Positions 31,438 through 42,055 are shown, counted from the whole stretch's first letter. The stretch is DNA of 63,995 nucleotides, filler included, from Saprolegnia diclina VS20 (GCF_000281045.1; 5 parts of 2 records of this genome joined end to end with filler, not necessarily neighbours in it); one strand, 5' to 3'. Translations and numbers: made by a program. Notes: generated by a model from the letters alone, not told the origin.

Positions 31438-33212
31438 GCCGGCGGTGCGTCGGTCTCGGTCGCCGCGGGAACCGCATCTTGGGGGGCCTGTTGTTGAGCT
31501 AGAGCCGCCTTCCGCGCCATTTGCATCTTCTTGGCCATGGACTTCATGTGATTGCACTGGTCTGTCGTATGCAGCACATTTGGTCCGTGCAGGAGGCACC
31601 CTGTCCCCGGGTTGTCGTCGTTCTGTGGGCATTGTGCGCGGAAATGGCCCGGGACACCGCAGAGGTTGCACTTCCACGTCTTCTTGCCATCACCGACGGC
31701 CATCACCTCGCTCGGGTCTTGCTCGTCGGGGTCTTCTTCGACCGCCTGCACCATCGCTGGCGCTCGACGACTCTTCATGTGGATGACGTCCGCTGCTTGC
31801 GTGGCGACCCGCACAAATGACTCCCATGTCATTGCCGAGTTGACTTGCGTCGAGAGTGCCGTTCGGGTCGCGTTGTCCATCATGCCCATGAGCGCCCGCA
31901 TGACCACGCTGTTCTCGTTGCTTCCTTGACCGGCCTCGAGCGCAAGCATTTGGACTCGGTCGAGGTATGAGCGCATTGGCTCAAGGCCGCCGGCTGGCGC
32001 CTTTCGTTGCTGTACATTCTCGTATTGCATGATGCGGGTCACGAGAGCGCCAGAGTACTGCTCGATGAACGCGGCGCGGAGCTCCTTCCAGTTTGCGTCC
32101 GTGAGCTTCGACGCCGTCCATCCATGGTTGCCCACGTATCGCGTGGTCCACGAGAACTCCCGTTGTCCGAGCGACCGGTAGAGTACGACGAGTTTGGCCG
32201 TGGGGAGCTGCGAGGTGACTTCAGCAGCCCCTTCGACGCCACGAATGAAGTCGCCGGCCGTGCCTTCCTTGCTCGAGTCGAACTTGGGAATCTTGAGCGA
32301 CCGATGTTGCTCCTTGGCTTCAGGCGTCGGCTTGGACTGCGCGTTGATGAGGATGTCGTTCGTCTTGATCGTGAGGTCCGCGATACGTTGTTCTTGCGAC
32401 ACGGCGTCGATCATGCGGTGGTCTTGGTCGTTTTGTCGCTCCGCCCGGATCTCCTTCCGGAGCTCGTCCTCCCGTTTCCGTTGTGCCGCCTCCAGACGCA
32501 GCTCCATCTTGAGCTGGGACTCTGCCATACGCGCTTCAATCCGAGCCATGTCGACGGCCGCCGCTGACACGTAGGGCGACGTGAGGTGTTTCGAGCCGCG
32601 TCGTAAGAGCACCCGTACACCCTTCTCTACGCGCGCTTCGTCGGGCTCGTTGTTGATGGAGAAAAGGCTGTCTTCATCGTCTTCTGGGTCCTCCTCGAGC
32701 GTAGGGCCGTGGAGACCCATGATGAGTTTCGTCGTCACGCCCCAGTCAGAGAACTTGGTCCGGCCGTTCAGGAACCTCGAGAGCGCGTTCGGGAGCAGGG
32801 TCGTCTCAAGGAGGCCGAGCGCCGGCGGTCCAGCCGGGGGACCGACGAACGACGCGACGTACATATCGGCTCGGGTATAGAACTCCTCGTAGGTGTCCTG
32901 CTGCGATGGCTTGTCCGCCGCGGCGACCCATGAGTCCGCGATGAGCATGGCCGTCGTGAGCGCCGCTCGGGAGGTGTAGTCTTCAAGCATCTTGGGGCTC
33001 GGGATGATGGTTTCTTCCTTTTTTCCGTCTTCACCAGCCGGGCAGAGCTTCTTGAGGAGAAGACGAAACGCGTGGTCCGCGGCGGCGTCTGTACCTTGCC
33101 AGACGTTTTCGAGCAGTCGACGGCCCGCGGCAGACTCCTTGTCATCCTTGCCCAGTTGGTTGAACTCGTTCACCCACGTCACGGTTTGCGCGGGGTCACT
33201 TTCTACCGGCAT
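31413..33212 (-). CDS. gag: Gag polyprotein
   Basis: Capsid-like region (IPKFD...WKELRAAFIEQY...QQR...EPMRSYLDR), zinc knuckle CNLCGVPGHFRAQC, and second motif CLLHGPNVLHTTDQC. Confidence 0.92.
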   Translation of the reverse strand: MPVESDPAQTVTWVNEFNQLGKDDKESAAGRRLLENVWQGTDAAADHAFRLLLKKLCPAGEDGKKEETIIPSPKMLEDYTSRAALTTAMLIADSWVAAADKPSQQDTYEEFYTRADMYVASFVGPPAGPPALGLLETTLLPNALSRFLNGRTKFSDWGVTTKLIMGLHGPTLEEDPEDDEDSLFSINNEPDEARVEKGVRVLLRRGSKHLTSPYVSAAAVDMARIEARMAESQLKMELRLEAAQRKREDELRKEIRAERQNDQDHRMIDAVSQEQRIADLTIKTNDILINAQSKPTPEAKEQHRSLKIPKFDSSKEGTAGDFIRGVEGAAEVTSQLPTAKLVVLYRSLGQREFSWTTRYVGNHGWTASKLTDANWKELRAAFIEQYSGALVTRIMQYENVQQRKAPAGGLEPMRSYLDRVQMLALEAGQGSNENSVVMRALMGMMDNATRTALSTQVNSAMTWESFVRVATQAADVIHMKSRRAPAMVQAVEEDPDEQDPSEVMAVGDGKKTWKCNLCGVPGHFRAQCPQNDDNPGTGCLLHGPNVLHTTDQCNHMKSMAKKMQMARKAALAQQQAPQDAVPAATETDAPPADFQSDQP

Positions 33213-33221
33213 TCTCCACCA
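33209..33221 (-). promoter_or_regulatory. Primer-binding site, complementary to a tRNA-Ala-type 3' end
   Basis: TGGTGGAGAATGC lies one nt after the LTR end ...CACTACA. Its complement GCATTCTCCACCA is typical of eukaryotic tRNA-Ala(AGC) 3' ends. Confidence 0.8.
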
Positions 33222-33222
33222 A

Positions 33223-33317
33223 TGTAGTGATGTGGCCGAACGAGGCACTTGTGGGGTTGGAATCCAAATGTCGACTGAGTTATTTTATCCTAACACCTGC
33301 CGTGCGACCTTTCGTTG
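33223..33317 (-). repeat. 3' end of the 5' LTR (rest in gap)
   Basis: Ends in CA directly before the PBS. Confidence 0.7.
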
Positions 33318-33502
33318 NNNNNNNNNNNNNNNNNNNNNNNNNNNNNNNNNNNNNNNNNNNNNNNNNNNNNNNNNNNNNNNNNNNNNNNNNNNNNNNNNNN
33401 NNNNNNNNNNNNNNNNNTAGTAGGGCTGTGATGATGCCCGCTAAGTAACGACATTTTTATCGATCTATCACAGGGAGAATGCAGTAGGCTTCTTTAAATT
33501 TG

Positions 33503-33574
33503 GGAAAAGTATGTTTACGAATTGTTTGGATAAAATCATATTTTTATCCAAACAATTCGTAAACATACTTTTCC
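33503..33574. repeat. Perfect 33-bp inverted repeat with 6-nt loop
   Basis: GGAAAAGTATGTTTACGAATTGTTTGGATAAAA-TCATAT-TTTTATCCAAACAATTCGTAAACATACTTTTCC. Confidence 0.95.
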
Positions 33575-33749
33575 TAGACCAACTGCGTAGCTATGCCGCC
33601 GACCGCGACGCCTGGAAAGATTTGACTGACCGTGTCGTCACGGGCCTCACCCGCGGCCACAAGCGTCGTAGGGCGACGACAGAAGAGCCAGACGAGCCCC
33701 CGCGCCGCCGCCTGCGCAGCCACGGACCGGCGAGCGAATGAAGAAGAAG
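33575..33749 (+). mobile_element. 5'-truncated RTE-like LINE 3' end
   Basis: LRSYAADRDAWKDL resembles the AxDRxxW C-terminus of RTE-type ORF2; a short (GAA)3 tail follows the stop. Confidence 0.45.
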
Positions 33750-34041
33750 GAGATTGCTAGTCTCTACGTATGCGAAGTCTTTGTGTAACTATGAAGATAA
33801 CGCGAAACACGTTCATATATATAAAATCATATTTTTACAATCACGAGCGAGCGCATTTCTTGGCGAGGAGATGGTCGCAACGGCTTCGTTTTGAAGTGGG
33901 TTGGAAGCAGAACGAGACGGATGCATTTTCTTTTGACAAGGAGGGTGAAATAGGGTCGCTAGTGAATAAATGATAAAAAAAAAATCGGATAAATGAAAGA
34001 AATGGGTTCTAAACTGGTTTGGAGTGCGTAAAAAGAATGTT

Positions 34042-34114
34042 TGGTCTTGCCCGGACTTGAACCGGGGGCCTTCTCCACGTCAAGGAGACGTGATAACCGC
34101 TACACTACAAGACC
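34042..34114 (-). tRNA. tRNA-Val(GAC)
   Basis: GGTCTTGTAGTGTAGCGGTTATCACGTCTCC-TTGACGT-GGAGAAGGCCCCCGGTTCAAGTCCGGGCAAGACCA; perfect acceptor, anticodon and T stems. Confidence 0.92.
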
Positions 34115-34344
34115 TTGCGTGTACATTCACATTTCATAACGTCTAAATTATATATACAATCCACTTGATTCATCCAGCTCCCATACGCTCCAAAAACACC
34201 TCTTACCACCTCCTCCAAGACATCACACCGCACAGGCATAGGCATGCGGCTCGCGCGACTTTTGTCTATAAAGTGTACTAGTAGTTAGTCGTCCGATAAA
34301 CGCCAACCAAAAATGAAAAAATATATACCACGTTCGCTAAACTA

Positions 34345-37300
34345 TTAGAGATGCAGCGGAAAGGCATGCGCAAAGCGCTCTTCTTTGGCCGCGCGGGATT
34401 GAGGCCGGGGCGTCGGGAGCGCGGTTGACACGAAGCGCCACGTCTTGATATCGAGGAGGTAGATGTGCCCCTGGCCCTTCCACGACAAGACGCCCGCCAT
34501 GATGGCCGACGTCGTGTCAATGTAGTAGACGCCATTGGCCACCCAGTGTTTGAACGTGAGCATGTGATAACCCTGGGCGTTGAGCAAGAGCGGAGGCGTA
34601 AAAATTGGTGTCAAATTCGGTGACGATCGGCGCGCATACAGGTAGCAAACCACACACGCCACGAGTGCCAAGCCCATACACTCGAGGCAGCGGCGCTGGT
34701 CACCGAGTACAATGGTGCCGCTGTCGCAATAGAGCGCAAAGTCCATATTCAGAGCCGCGCACTTGCGCTGCATCGATGCGTCGTACGGCTGCGGCGACAG
34801 CAGCGTCCAGAGCGAGGCAAGCACCCACGTCCAGTTGGCGCTAACCGAGCCATACGAGTACGTGTACTGCCGCGTGAGCGCGCTTCCAACGTCGTTGAGG
34901 ACGTAGACAAACCAAGTGAGTTCGGACGTGGCGAGGAGCGCTTTGTACGAGTCCAATGGCGGCGCTTTCACAAAGGTTACGCCGTTCTGGTGGAGCAGCG
35001 GCAGTGGCGATGTATTGAGGAGCCAAATGGCTGTGAGCGACCGCAAGAGAATGATGGGACGGCCGACCCAAACGAGCCCGACGACGCGGTTGATGCACAG
35101 CAAGTTGAAGCTCTCAATGTACCCGCGGTGGTAGAGCGTCGAGAGGGCGACAAGAACACTGACGCCAATGAGCGTACAAGTTACATATTGTACACACAGA
35201 AGACATAAGAACGAAAAGCTTTGTGGAATACCATTGGGGTCCGGTCGCACCTCGATCGGACCGGTTGCCGCCGAGAGCACGGTGAGGTTGCCAAGGTCGC
35301 CATGAAATGCCACGACATCGCGATGCCCGACGACCCATTCCACAAGGTAGCACCAGCCGTAGAACGTCCACGCAGCGTCCGATGCATTGAGAAGAGGTAA
35401 GCGTGCGAGGGAGGTGACGTTGCTGTTGGTGTCGAGAAGAAACTGAACGAGAATCACGTCGAGTGCATCGACAGCGCGCATTGCATCGGTCACAAGCAGC
35501 GGCAAGGACGCGTCGACGACTGACGCACCGACACTCGAGAGAAAATTTAGGGTGCCCGCGTGACGCGCCGTGCAGTTGGCGGGGGTTCGCGTGTCCAGCG
35601 CGCAGATCGCCGTCGTGTTCATGTCTGATACCGACGCGTTCATTGCGGCGAGTACGACCAGCTTTTGCAAGAGCGACAGCTCCAGTCGATCTGAAAAGAC
35701 TGCGTTGCACATGTTGGTGACGCTGTAGCCGAGGTAGAGGCCGTTCTCGGGTAGCCACGGCTTGGTGTCGGTGCCACAGAGCACGTTCCCACCGGTAAAT
35801 TGAATAGTGGTTGCGTGCAAGAGGTGGTGCGGCACGGGGGCATACCACGGCGGCGCCGAGAGGACACTGTAGGCTGCTGCCGCCGATGCGTCTTCAGCGA
35901 CAAGACGGGTGATGCGCTGTGAGACAACCGTATAAAACCATAGCAAACTTGAGGGACATGGGACGTAGTAGCTGTCGATCGCGCCAAATGGACCCATGGA
36001 TGCGTCCAGAAGCGTGAACCCTGGGTTCAACGGCGACAATAGTGTCGTATTGTCCACCAACAAGGCGGCGCGCGTGACGTTGGCAAAGGCGAACGCTGCG
36101 CTCGCGCGCAAGAGACTTGACGCGCTAATTTGTGTGGCATTCGGTGTGATGGCCCAGAGATCACTTGCGAACGTCCAGTAGAGCTTGTAGCTTGTTTGCT
36201 GCTGGCAATGGTAGGCGCCGTCCGACTGGCTGAGCAGCAGCGGGTACGAGAGACCGAGTGCGCTCACAATCGTAATCGTATCGATCATGCCGAGTGACTT
36301 GTAGTTTTGCCACTGCAGTTGGTACGTGGAAATACCATGCTTTTGCCAAAAGTCGACTTCATCCGGGATCGAAGTGTGGACCATTGCTGAGGGTACTGTC
36401 GTGAGCCACTCTCTTCCTTCGAGCGACGTTTCCAGGTGCCGCTGAAACCCAATCTCAAACGACGTGCCCCAGCAGCGCATCCAGACATCCCAGTCGTTGA
36501 GATTCCGGAGTCCTGTCTCCAGATACACGGCACCATTCGTTCGCATCGCCGAGGTCTCGCACCGCGCTTGTCGATGCAACGTGGACGCCATAGACCATAT
36601 ACGACGCACGTCCAACCAGCAGTACTGCGTTGACATCCACGGCAAGGCACACGGATCCATGTTTCGCAAATCCATGACCACCTCGGTCAAGAGACGCGAT
36701 GACGCGTACAGCTGACGACGCGCCGCGCCGTCACTCCACGTGATGACCGTGCTCGAGCCATTGTAGAGCTGGCTCGTATCGCCCAGACCCGGGTCGTCGA
36801 GCATCAGCGGCGATCGCTGCTCCAAGGACGACGCCAGGAGAAGCTGGCGGTTGAACACATTGGCCAAGAACGGTTGCATGCCCGAGCTGTTGTAGCCGGC
36901 CCAGCCATAATCGTTGCTCAAGCTCGTCAAGACAACGTTAAAATACGCAATGTTGCTCGAGAGTGTGCCCATAACATAGAGAAAGCCAACGAGGTGCCAA
37001 AACCGCTGCGACGCGCAGGCAGCAAACACCTCCAAGCTCGTGCTCAACGTCACGGGGGTGGCGTTGGAGACGCGGTGCAGCGCTGGCATCGAGCCAAACG
37101 CTGACGAGACGATCGTTGTAAATACCGTGAGATGGCGGCCCATGAACGGGACACTCTCTTGTACAACTTCCAGCGGCAAGTACATCCACCGGTTGATATC
37201 AAACACGCAGTAGGCGCCATCCCACGTCGTTAAAAAGAGACCTGCCATCGCAGAAGCGGCAAAGTTCAATGTCGGTGTGGTGTTGGCCCCAAAGGCGTGG

Positions 37301-39678
37301 ACCGAGCCTTGGAGTAGGAGCGAGGGCGGTCGTTGAAGTGGCGCCACCGTTGGTCGATGCCGGCGACATCGCTTGACGCATACAGCCACCACATAGCCAA
37401 CGAAAACGCCAAAGAGCTGCAGTAAGACCAGCGACACTAGCTGATCGAAGGACCCAATACGAACGCTGGCACTGCAGCACTCCAGTTGCCAGTCCATGTT
37501 GAACAAGTCGCAGCGGCGGTGGACCGACGCCGCGACCTTTACGGGGGCCCACGCGTCGACAAGAAGGACCATTCCCCACGTGATGACGGCGCTGCCCATC
37601 GCCGCGTGGTGGGTGTAGCCCGACGTCAACGGATGCAGCACTTCGTAAGCAACGTATGTCAGCCACGACGCTTCGCTGGCGAGCACGGCCGATGCCAACA
37701 TCGATCGGGGCTGCCACTGCAGCTGCCACACGTCGCTGTGGACAACCATCGGGACAAGGGGGGCCGTCGAGAGACACAGCAGCGCGGTCATCGCACGGAC
37801 GCCAAGCAGCGTTCGATTGAGCCAAACCGACGACACGAGCCGTGAAAAAAGAAACCACGGGGTTGTCCCCGGGCGCGGGCGATGGCGGCACACCAAGAGG
37901 AGGCAGAGACATCCGATGGCCCCGAGGACCCCTGTCACGACACTGGACGTGATCCAGAGGTACTTGCCCACGTTGGTGTTGGTGCGAATGCCAATGCTGG
38001 GGGGTGACAGCGGGGTATACGCATACGAGACCAAGTGCAATGTGCGAACATCGCCCTCGAACGCAAGTGCTTCGCGTATATTGTGGGCCCAATCGTACAC
38101 ATTGATATAGCCGAAAAAGTCAAAGCGCTCACCCAAGAGGAGCACCGTTTGCAGCGAGAGGGCCGAGCCGTTGAGGACAACTTGGACTTTGGCCAGTTGC
38201 AACTCGTGCAGCGATACATGATCAATGTGCGACAAGAACGGCGCCAAGAGGCGGTACACGTATGTGAGATGCGGCAAGAGTCGCTCGCACAAGGCGACTT
38301 GGGTTGGCACTTGAGCGCAAATATCGTCCAGTTGTCCGTCCACCATGTGCAAAGCAAAGAGCGTATTCATCGCCGAGAGTGGAAACTCCGCCGGGACTTG
38401 TGTTCCGCACGCGTCGTCAAAGCCAAAGGCCCGTAGTACAAATGGCATGGGCGCGCCGTTGCTGCACATGAGGTTGCCGCTCACAAAGCGCAGTGAGGGA
38501 TCTTGCCACTTATAGGGGACAACCACGGCGTTTAGAAGCGGCAAGGACGCCAGTGCCTCGTACAGTGTCGCGTTATTTGCAACCAGATCGTAGAGCTGGG
38601 CGTCAAACTGCGATACGGCGTCAGCGAGCCGCGGTGGCACGCGCAGCCAGCGCAAATCGATCGAGTTGAGCGGACCCAAGGACAACGTGATGACCTGGTT
38701 GACCGCGTTCAGGGGCATGCCCACGTCGTAGGCGACGAGCTCGTCCATATCTTCCCAGCCAAAATACGTTGCGGTATTGACCACGAGGCTTTGGTTGGGC
38801 CAAATCGCATTCAAGTCGTTGCCAAGACTCTGGTACATGTACGAGGTCGTCCACGACGCACCACGGCGCAGCGCGCGGATCGACGTCACCGGCAAGTCGT
38901 ACGTAATTCCGAGCGCGTTCATGATGGCGACGTTCTCGTTGATACCTAGCTGGACGCGGTTGCCATACTGGAGTTGAAAACGACCAAGTCCCCGCGCCTC
39001 CCAGTACGCTCTTTCGTCATCGATAGCGAGCAACGTGTGGTGGTACATGGCATCGACCCATGACGCCCCCTCGGCCGACGACGCGGTAATCGATGACGCA
39101 ATCTTGGTGGCGAAGGCGCCCCCGGACGCAATATTCCACGCGTCCACATCAATATTTCGCAAAACGGCTTCGAGGTACACGGCACCGTTGTCGACGTCGG
39201 TGGAAACACAGCGCTCAAGCCGACGCGGCGTATGCGCGAGCACGTAGCGCCGCTGCAAATCGACCCAGCAGTACGGTGTGATCATGAACGAGACAGCACT
39301 GGGATCGAGGCGCCGCAAGCCCGGAATCGCCACCGCTAGGTCAGTGAGCTCTTGGTAGAGTAAAAGGCGCGGGTAGGCCGGGTTGACACCCATCGAGGCG
39401 AGCTGCCAAATCGACGCGCTGGGTGCTAATAGGTCGATCGGGACAGGGTTCGAACCCGAGTGGAGCGTGCCAAGATGCTGGTTCAAGACGGCGCCAAGAA
39501 GTCCCAGTGTGTTGAGTGCGTCAAAATGCGGCCAGAAAAGCCCGTTCTCCATGTACGGCGCAAACAGGTCTATGGCGTAGACGCTCAGACTTAGCGAAAG
39601 AGCAAGATAGAGCCACCCGGCGACCTCGAGTAGGTACTCGCGCGCCACGGGCGCCCGCGTTGGGCCTCTTCGCGGCAT
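34345..39678 (-). CDS. Large multi-pass membrane protein with two internal repeats (Saprolegniales-type family of unknown function)
   Basis: Intronless ORF of about 1777 aa. YCWxD..RC..NGAVYLE, GN(L/V)xC, AFxGD and NMD..LxCxS each occur twice, each set followed by TM bundles. Confidence 0.88.
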   Translation of the reverse strand: MPRRGPTRAPVAREYLLEVAGWLYLALSLSLSVYAIDLFAPYMENGLFWPHFDALNTLGLLGAVLNQHLGTLHSGSNPVPIDLLAPSASIWQLASMGVNPAYPRLLLYQELTDLAVAIPGLRRLDPSAVSFMITPYCWVDLQRRYVLAHTPRRLERCVSTDVDNGAVYLEAVLRNIDVDAWNIASGGAFATKIASSITASSAEGASWVDAMYHHTLLAIDDERAYWEARGLGRFQLQYGNRVQLGINENVAIMNALGITYDLPVTSIRALRRGASWTTSYMYQSLGNDLNAIWPNQSLVVNTATYFGWEDMDELVAYDVGMPLNAVNQVITLSLGPLNSIDLRWLRVPPRLADAVSQFDAQLYDLVANNATLYEALASLPLLNAVVVPYKWQDPSLRFVSGNLMCSNGAPMPFVLRAFGFDDACGTQVPAEFPLSAMNTLFALHMVDGQLDDICAQVPTQVALCERLLPHLTYVYRLLAPFLSHIDHVSLHELQLAKVQVVLNGSALSLQTVLLLGERFDFFGYINVYDWAHNIREALAFEGDVRTLHLVSYAYTPLSPPSIGIRTNTNVGKYLWITSSVVTGVLGAIGCLCLLLVCRHRPRPGTTPWFLFSRLVSSVWLNRTLLGVRAMTALLCLSTAPLVPMVVHSDVWQLQWQPRSMLASAVLASEASWLTYVAYEVLHPLTSGYTHHAAMGSAVITWGMVLLVDAWAPVKVAASVHRRCDLFNMDWQLECCSASVRIGSFDQLVSLVLLQLFGVFVGYVVAVCVKRCRRHRPTVAPLQRPPSLLLQGSVHAFGANTTPTLNFAASAMAGLFLTTWDGAYCVFDINRWMYLPLEVVQESVPFMGRHLTVFTTIVSSAFGSMPALHRVSNATPVTLSTSLEVFAACASQRFWHLVGFLYVMGTLSSNIAYFNVVLTSLSNDYGWAGYNSSGMQPFLANVFNRQLLLASSLEQRSPLMLDDPGLGDTSQLYNGSSTVITWSDGAARRQLYASSRLLTEVVMDLRNMDPCALPWMSTQYCWLDVRRIWSMASTLHRQARCETSAMRTNGAVYLETGLRNLNDWDVWMRCWGTSFEIGFQRHLETSLEGREWLTTVPSAMVHTSIPDEVDFWQKHGISTYQLQWQNYKSLGMIDTITIVSALGLSYPLLLSQSDGAYHCQQQTSYKLYWTFASDLWAITPNATQISASSLLRASAAFAFANVTRAALLVDNTTLLSPLNPGFTLLDASMGPFGAIDSYYVPCPSSLLWFYTVVSQRITRLVAEDASAAAAYSVLSAPPWYAPVPHHLLHATTIQFTGGNVLCGTDTKPWLPENGLYLGYSVTNMCNAVFSDRLELSLLQKLVVLAAMNASVSDMNTTAICALDTRTPANCTARHAGTLNFLSSVGASVVDASLPLLVTDAMRAVDALDVILVQFLLDTNSNVTSLARLPLLNASDAAWTFYGWCYLVEWVVGHRDVVAFHGDLGNLTVLSAATGPIEVRPDPNGIPQSFSFLCLLCVQYVTCTLIGVSVLVALSTLYHRGYIESFNLLCINRVVGLVWVGRPIILLRSLTAIWLLNTSPLPLLHQNGVTFVKAPPLDSYKALLATSELTWFVYVLNDVGSALTRQYTYSYGSVSANWTWVLASLWTLLSPQPYDASMQRKCAALNMDFALYCDSGTIVLGDQRRCLECMGLALVACVVCYLYARRSSPNLTPIFTPPLLLNAQGYHMLTFKHWVANGVYYIDTTSAIMAGVLSWKGQGHIYLLDIKTWRFVSTALPTPRPQSRAAKEERFAHAFPLHL

Positions 39679-40185
39679 TGTAGTTCTAAAACCGATTATT
39701 GAGGTTTCACCCAGTGCCAACTTTTTTTTCAGGTTCACATGGTTGCATACGGCAGTGGAGAGAGCAACGGACGACGGAATTTGTATGTGCCCGCGAAGGC
39801 GGCTCGGACAGTGGGCTCGTGAGGCGATAAGCAAAGCGAACCGCCATACATGCAAGGACGCTTCCAGCAGCCGCCAAGCCGCTATAATATGTCCAGCTAG
39901 AATACTCTGGAAGCGGAGATGTTGCCTTCTATGGCGACGAACCATTGGCAGCGAGTTGATCTATGGATGTATAATAATTTATAACTAAAAAAGACTTCTT
40001 GAAGTTAACGTCGGCCTCTCGATTGCGCGCTTGGCATGTGCAAACTCGCGCAACTTCAACTTTGGTTGTACCCCGGTGTACCGATTCCGCACCGTCAAAA
40101 AAGAAAGCTGTACCCCGGTGTACCATCGAAACGGCAGCCAATGGCCTTGCGGCATTGCAACACTGGCACGGTGGCGGCGACGGGC

Positions 40186-41753
40186 ATGAGCCAGTTTACG
40201 TACTTCTGCACGACGTGCGGCGTGACGGGCGAGGACAACTTTGACCGGAACGATGCGACGGGCGAGAGTATCTGCAACATCTGCGGCGCGCAGAACGCGC
40301 AGCAGAGCCGCAACGAAGAGTACGACATGGAGGACGCGCTCGCGATGCGCGGGTCGCGCAAGATCCGCCAAAAAGCCAAGCGCGCTCGGCGCGGCAAGGC
40401 GGCGAAGGAGGCCAGGCCGCTCGTGACGCTCGAGTCGTGCCTGCATGTGTCGCAGACCATCTTGCATCTGCAGGCCGAAGCGCTCGCGGTGGCGCTCAAC
40501 GATCCTGGGCTTGTCGCGACCGTCGAAGAGCTCTGGTTCCACTTTCTGGGTATGTGGAGTGCGCATGGCACACGGCCGCTGCTCAACTGCTTCCTCTCCA
40601 AGGCCGGCCACGCCTCGGACAAGCCAGCGTACGTCGTCTTTATTTTAGGCGTCGCCTCATACTCATGCAACGATGGTATGGTAGCAACGCCCTGCTGGAG
40701 AGCGGGTACGAGACGCAGTGGGACTATGGCAACGACGGCAAAGGTGCAAAAGAAACCGAGCTCTCGCGGTTCTCGCTGCGGTCGCACTTGGGGCTCTTGT
40801 ACCTTGCGGCGCGGCTGCGCCACCTCGGCGTGCTCACGAGCGACCTGTATGTGCTCGTGCGGGACGGGCGCCTGCCGTACGGCAACGTCCTGAGCTTGCT
40901 CCCGGACGCAATGACCGCGCCCGTCGATGCGCTGCATCTGTACTTCAACACAAACTTGCCGTACCTTGCCGTGACGGCCTCGACGATCACGGCCGAAGCC
41001 AACTACCTGCACTACCACCTCGACCTCGAGCTGCCACCGCTCAACATGTCGCTGGCGTTTCGCACCTGCGCGGCCGCCTTGCAGTTGCCAAATGCCGTGT
41101 CGGAGGCTTTTAGTATACTTCAAACGGTCTTGCCGCCCGAGACGATGGCGGCTGAAGGCAGCGGCACCAAGCTGTGGCTGCTTCCGTCCGAAGTCGACTT
41201 TGTCGCCCGCGTCCTCGTCGCGCTCAAGCTTTGCCCGTCCTGGCACCTCTTGGTCTACACGTCCAACACAGACAAGGACGAGGCGTTCTCGCTCATGTTT
41301 CCGCTCGACGCGCGCGCGCCGCGCCTGAAGCGCAAGCACCTGCACGCATTTGTCGCTGCCACCGATGACGCGCGGCATGGCCAGTGGAGTCGCGTCACCG
41401 TGCCATCGCACCTCGACGACCACATTGAAGCGCTGCAGACGATTGCTGCCGACGAGACGGTCGAGACCCTTGTCAAGCCGGCGCCTGTAGTGGCCTTTGC
41501 GCCGATGCACAACGCGACGGGTGCGCCGGTCGACCAAGTGCCGACGACGCCTGACGACGCACCGTTCTACCCGTATTATCGGTACCCGCGCGAAGTTCGA
41601 CTACAGCACGTCGATGGCGCGACCGAGCATTTGGTGTCGGTCTTGGCCGAGTACATGGACATGCCGCGACTTGTGGTATTCGAAGCTGTCGCGACGCTCG
41701 AGAAACTCTACTTGCCACTCACAGACGTCGTTCCACCGACCGTGTTTCGGTAA
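40186..41753 (+). CDS. RRN7: RNA polymerase I initiation factor RRN7/TAF1B-like, one intron at about 40629-40685
   Basis: N-terminal zinc ribbon CTTCG...CNICG, QxILxxQ..L, LGLLYLA, DLxxxVxDGxLPY. Start may be 40141. Confidence 0.8.
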
Positions 41754-41990
41754 ACTAGGATGTATTATCGAATGCAATAGTTTGTCAATATCAATGGCGG
41801 ACGGTTTGTCAGTTCAATCGGGCGGTTTCGTTTCAAAGACACCCGACGGTGTACACTCCATTGTGGGATCATCCGAGTACAGGAATCTGTGTGCGACCTC
41901 GCGCGAGCTATGACTCGGCGAGTGGGGTGCACCGTACGTATGCGACGTCTTCTAGTTTGTTTTTACGAACTTGATTTTAACGCGAACTCG

Positions 41991-42055
41991 TTTGATTGAT
42001 TGATTGATCAATTGATTGATTGATCGGTTGATTGATTGACTAATTCATTGACTAA
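41991..42055. repeat. (TTGA)n microsatellite
   Basis: Imperfect tetranucleotide run. Confidence 0.85.

Larger units (their letters stand above)
25221..33317 (-). mobile_element. Ty3/gypsy LTR retrotransposon, Chronos-like (additional RNase H plus chromodomain); both ends run into gaps
   Basis: LTR end, PBS, gag, -1 frameshift and pol (PR-RT-RH-aRH-IN-chromo) in order, with no stops. Confidence 0.93.

Noticed and set aside
33223..34114. Gypsy element apparently inserted next to tRNA-Val
   Set aside because: An assembly gap separates them, so the distance is unknown.
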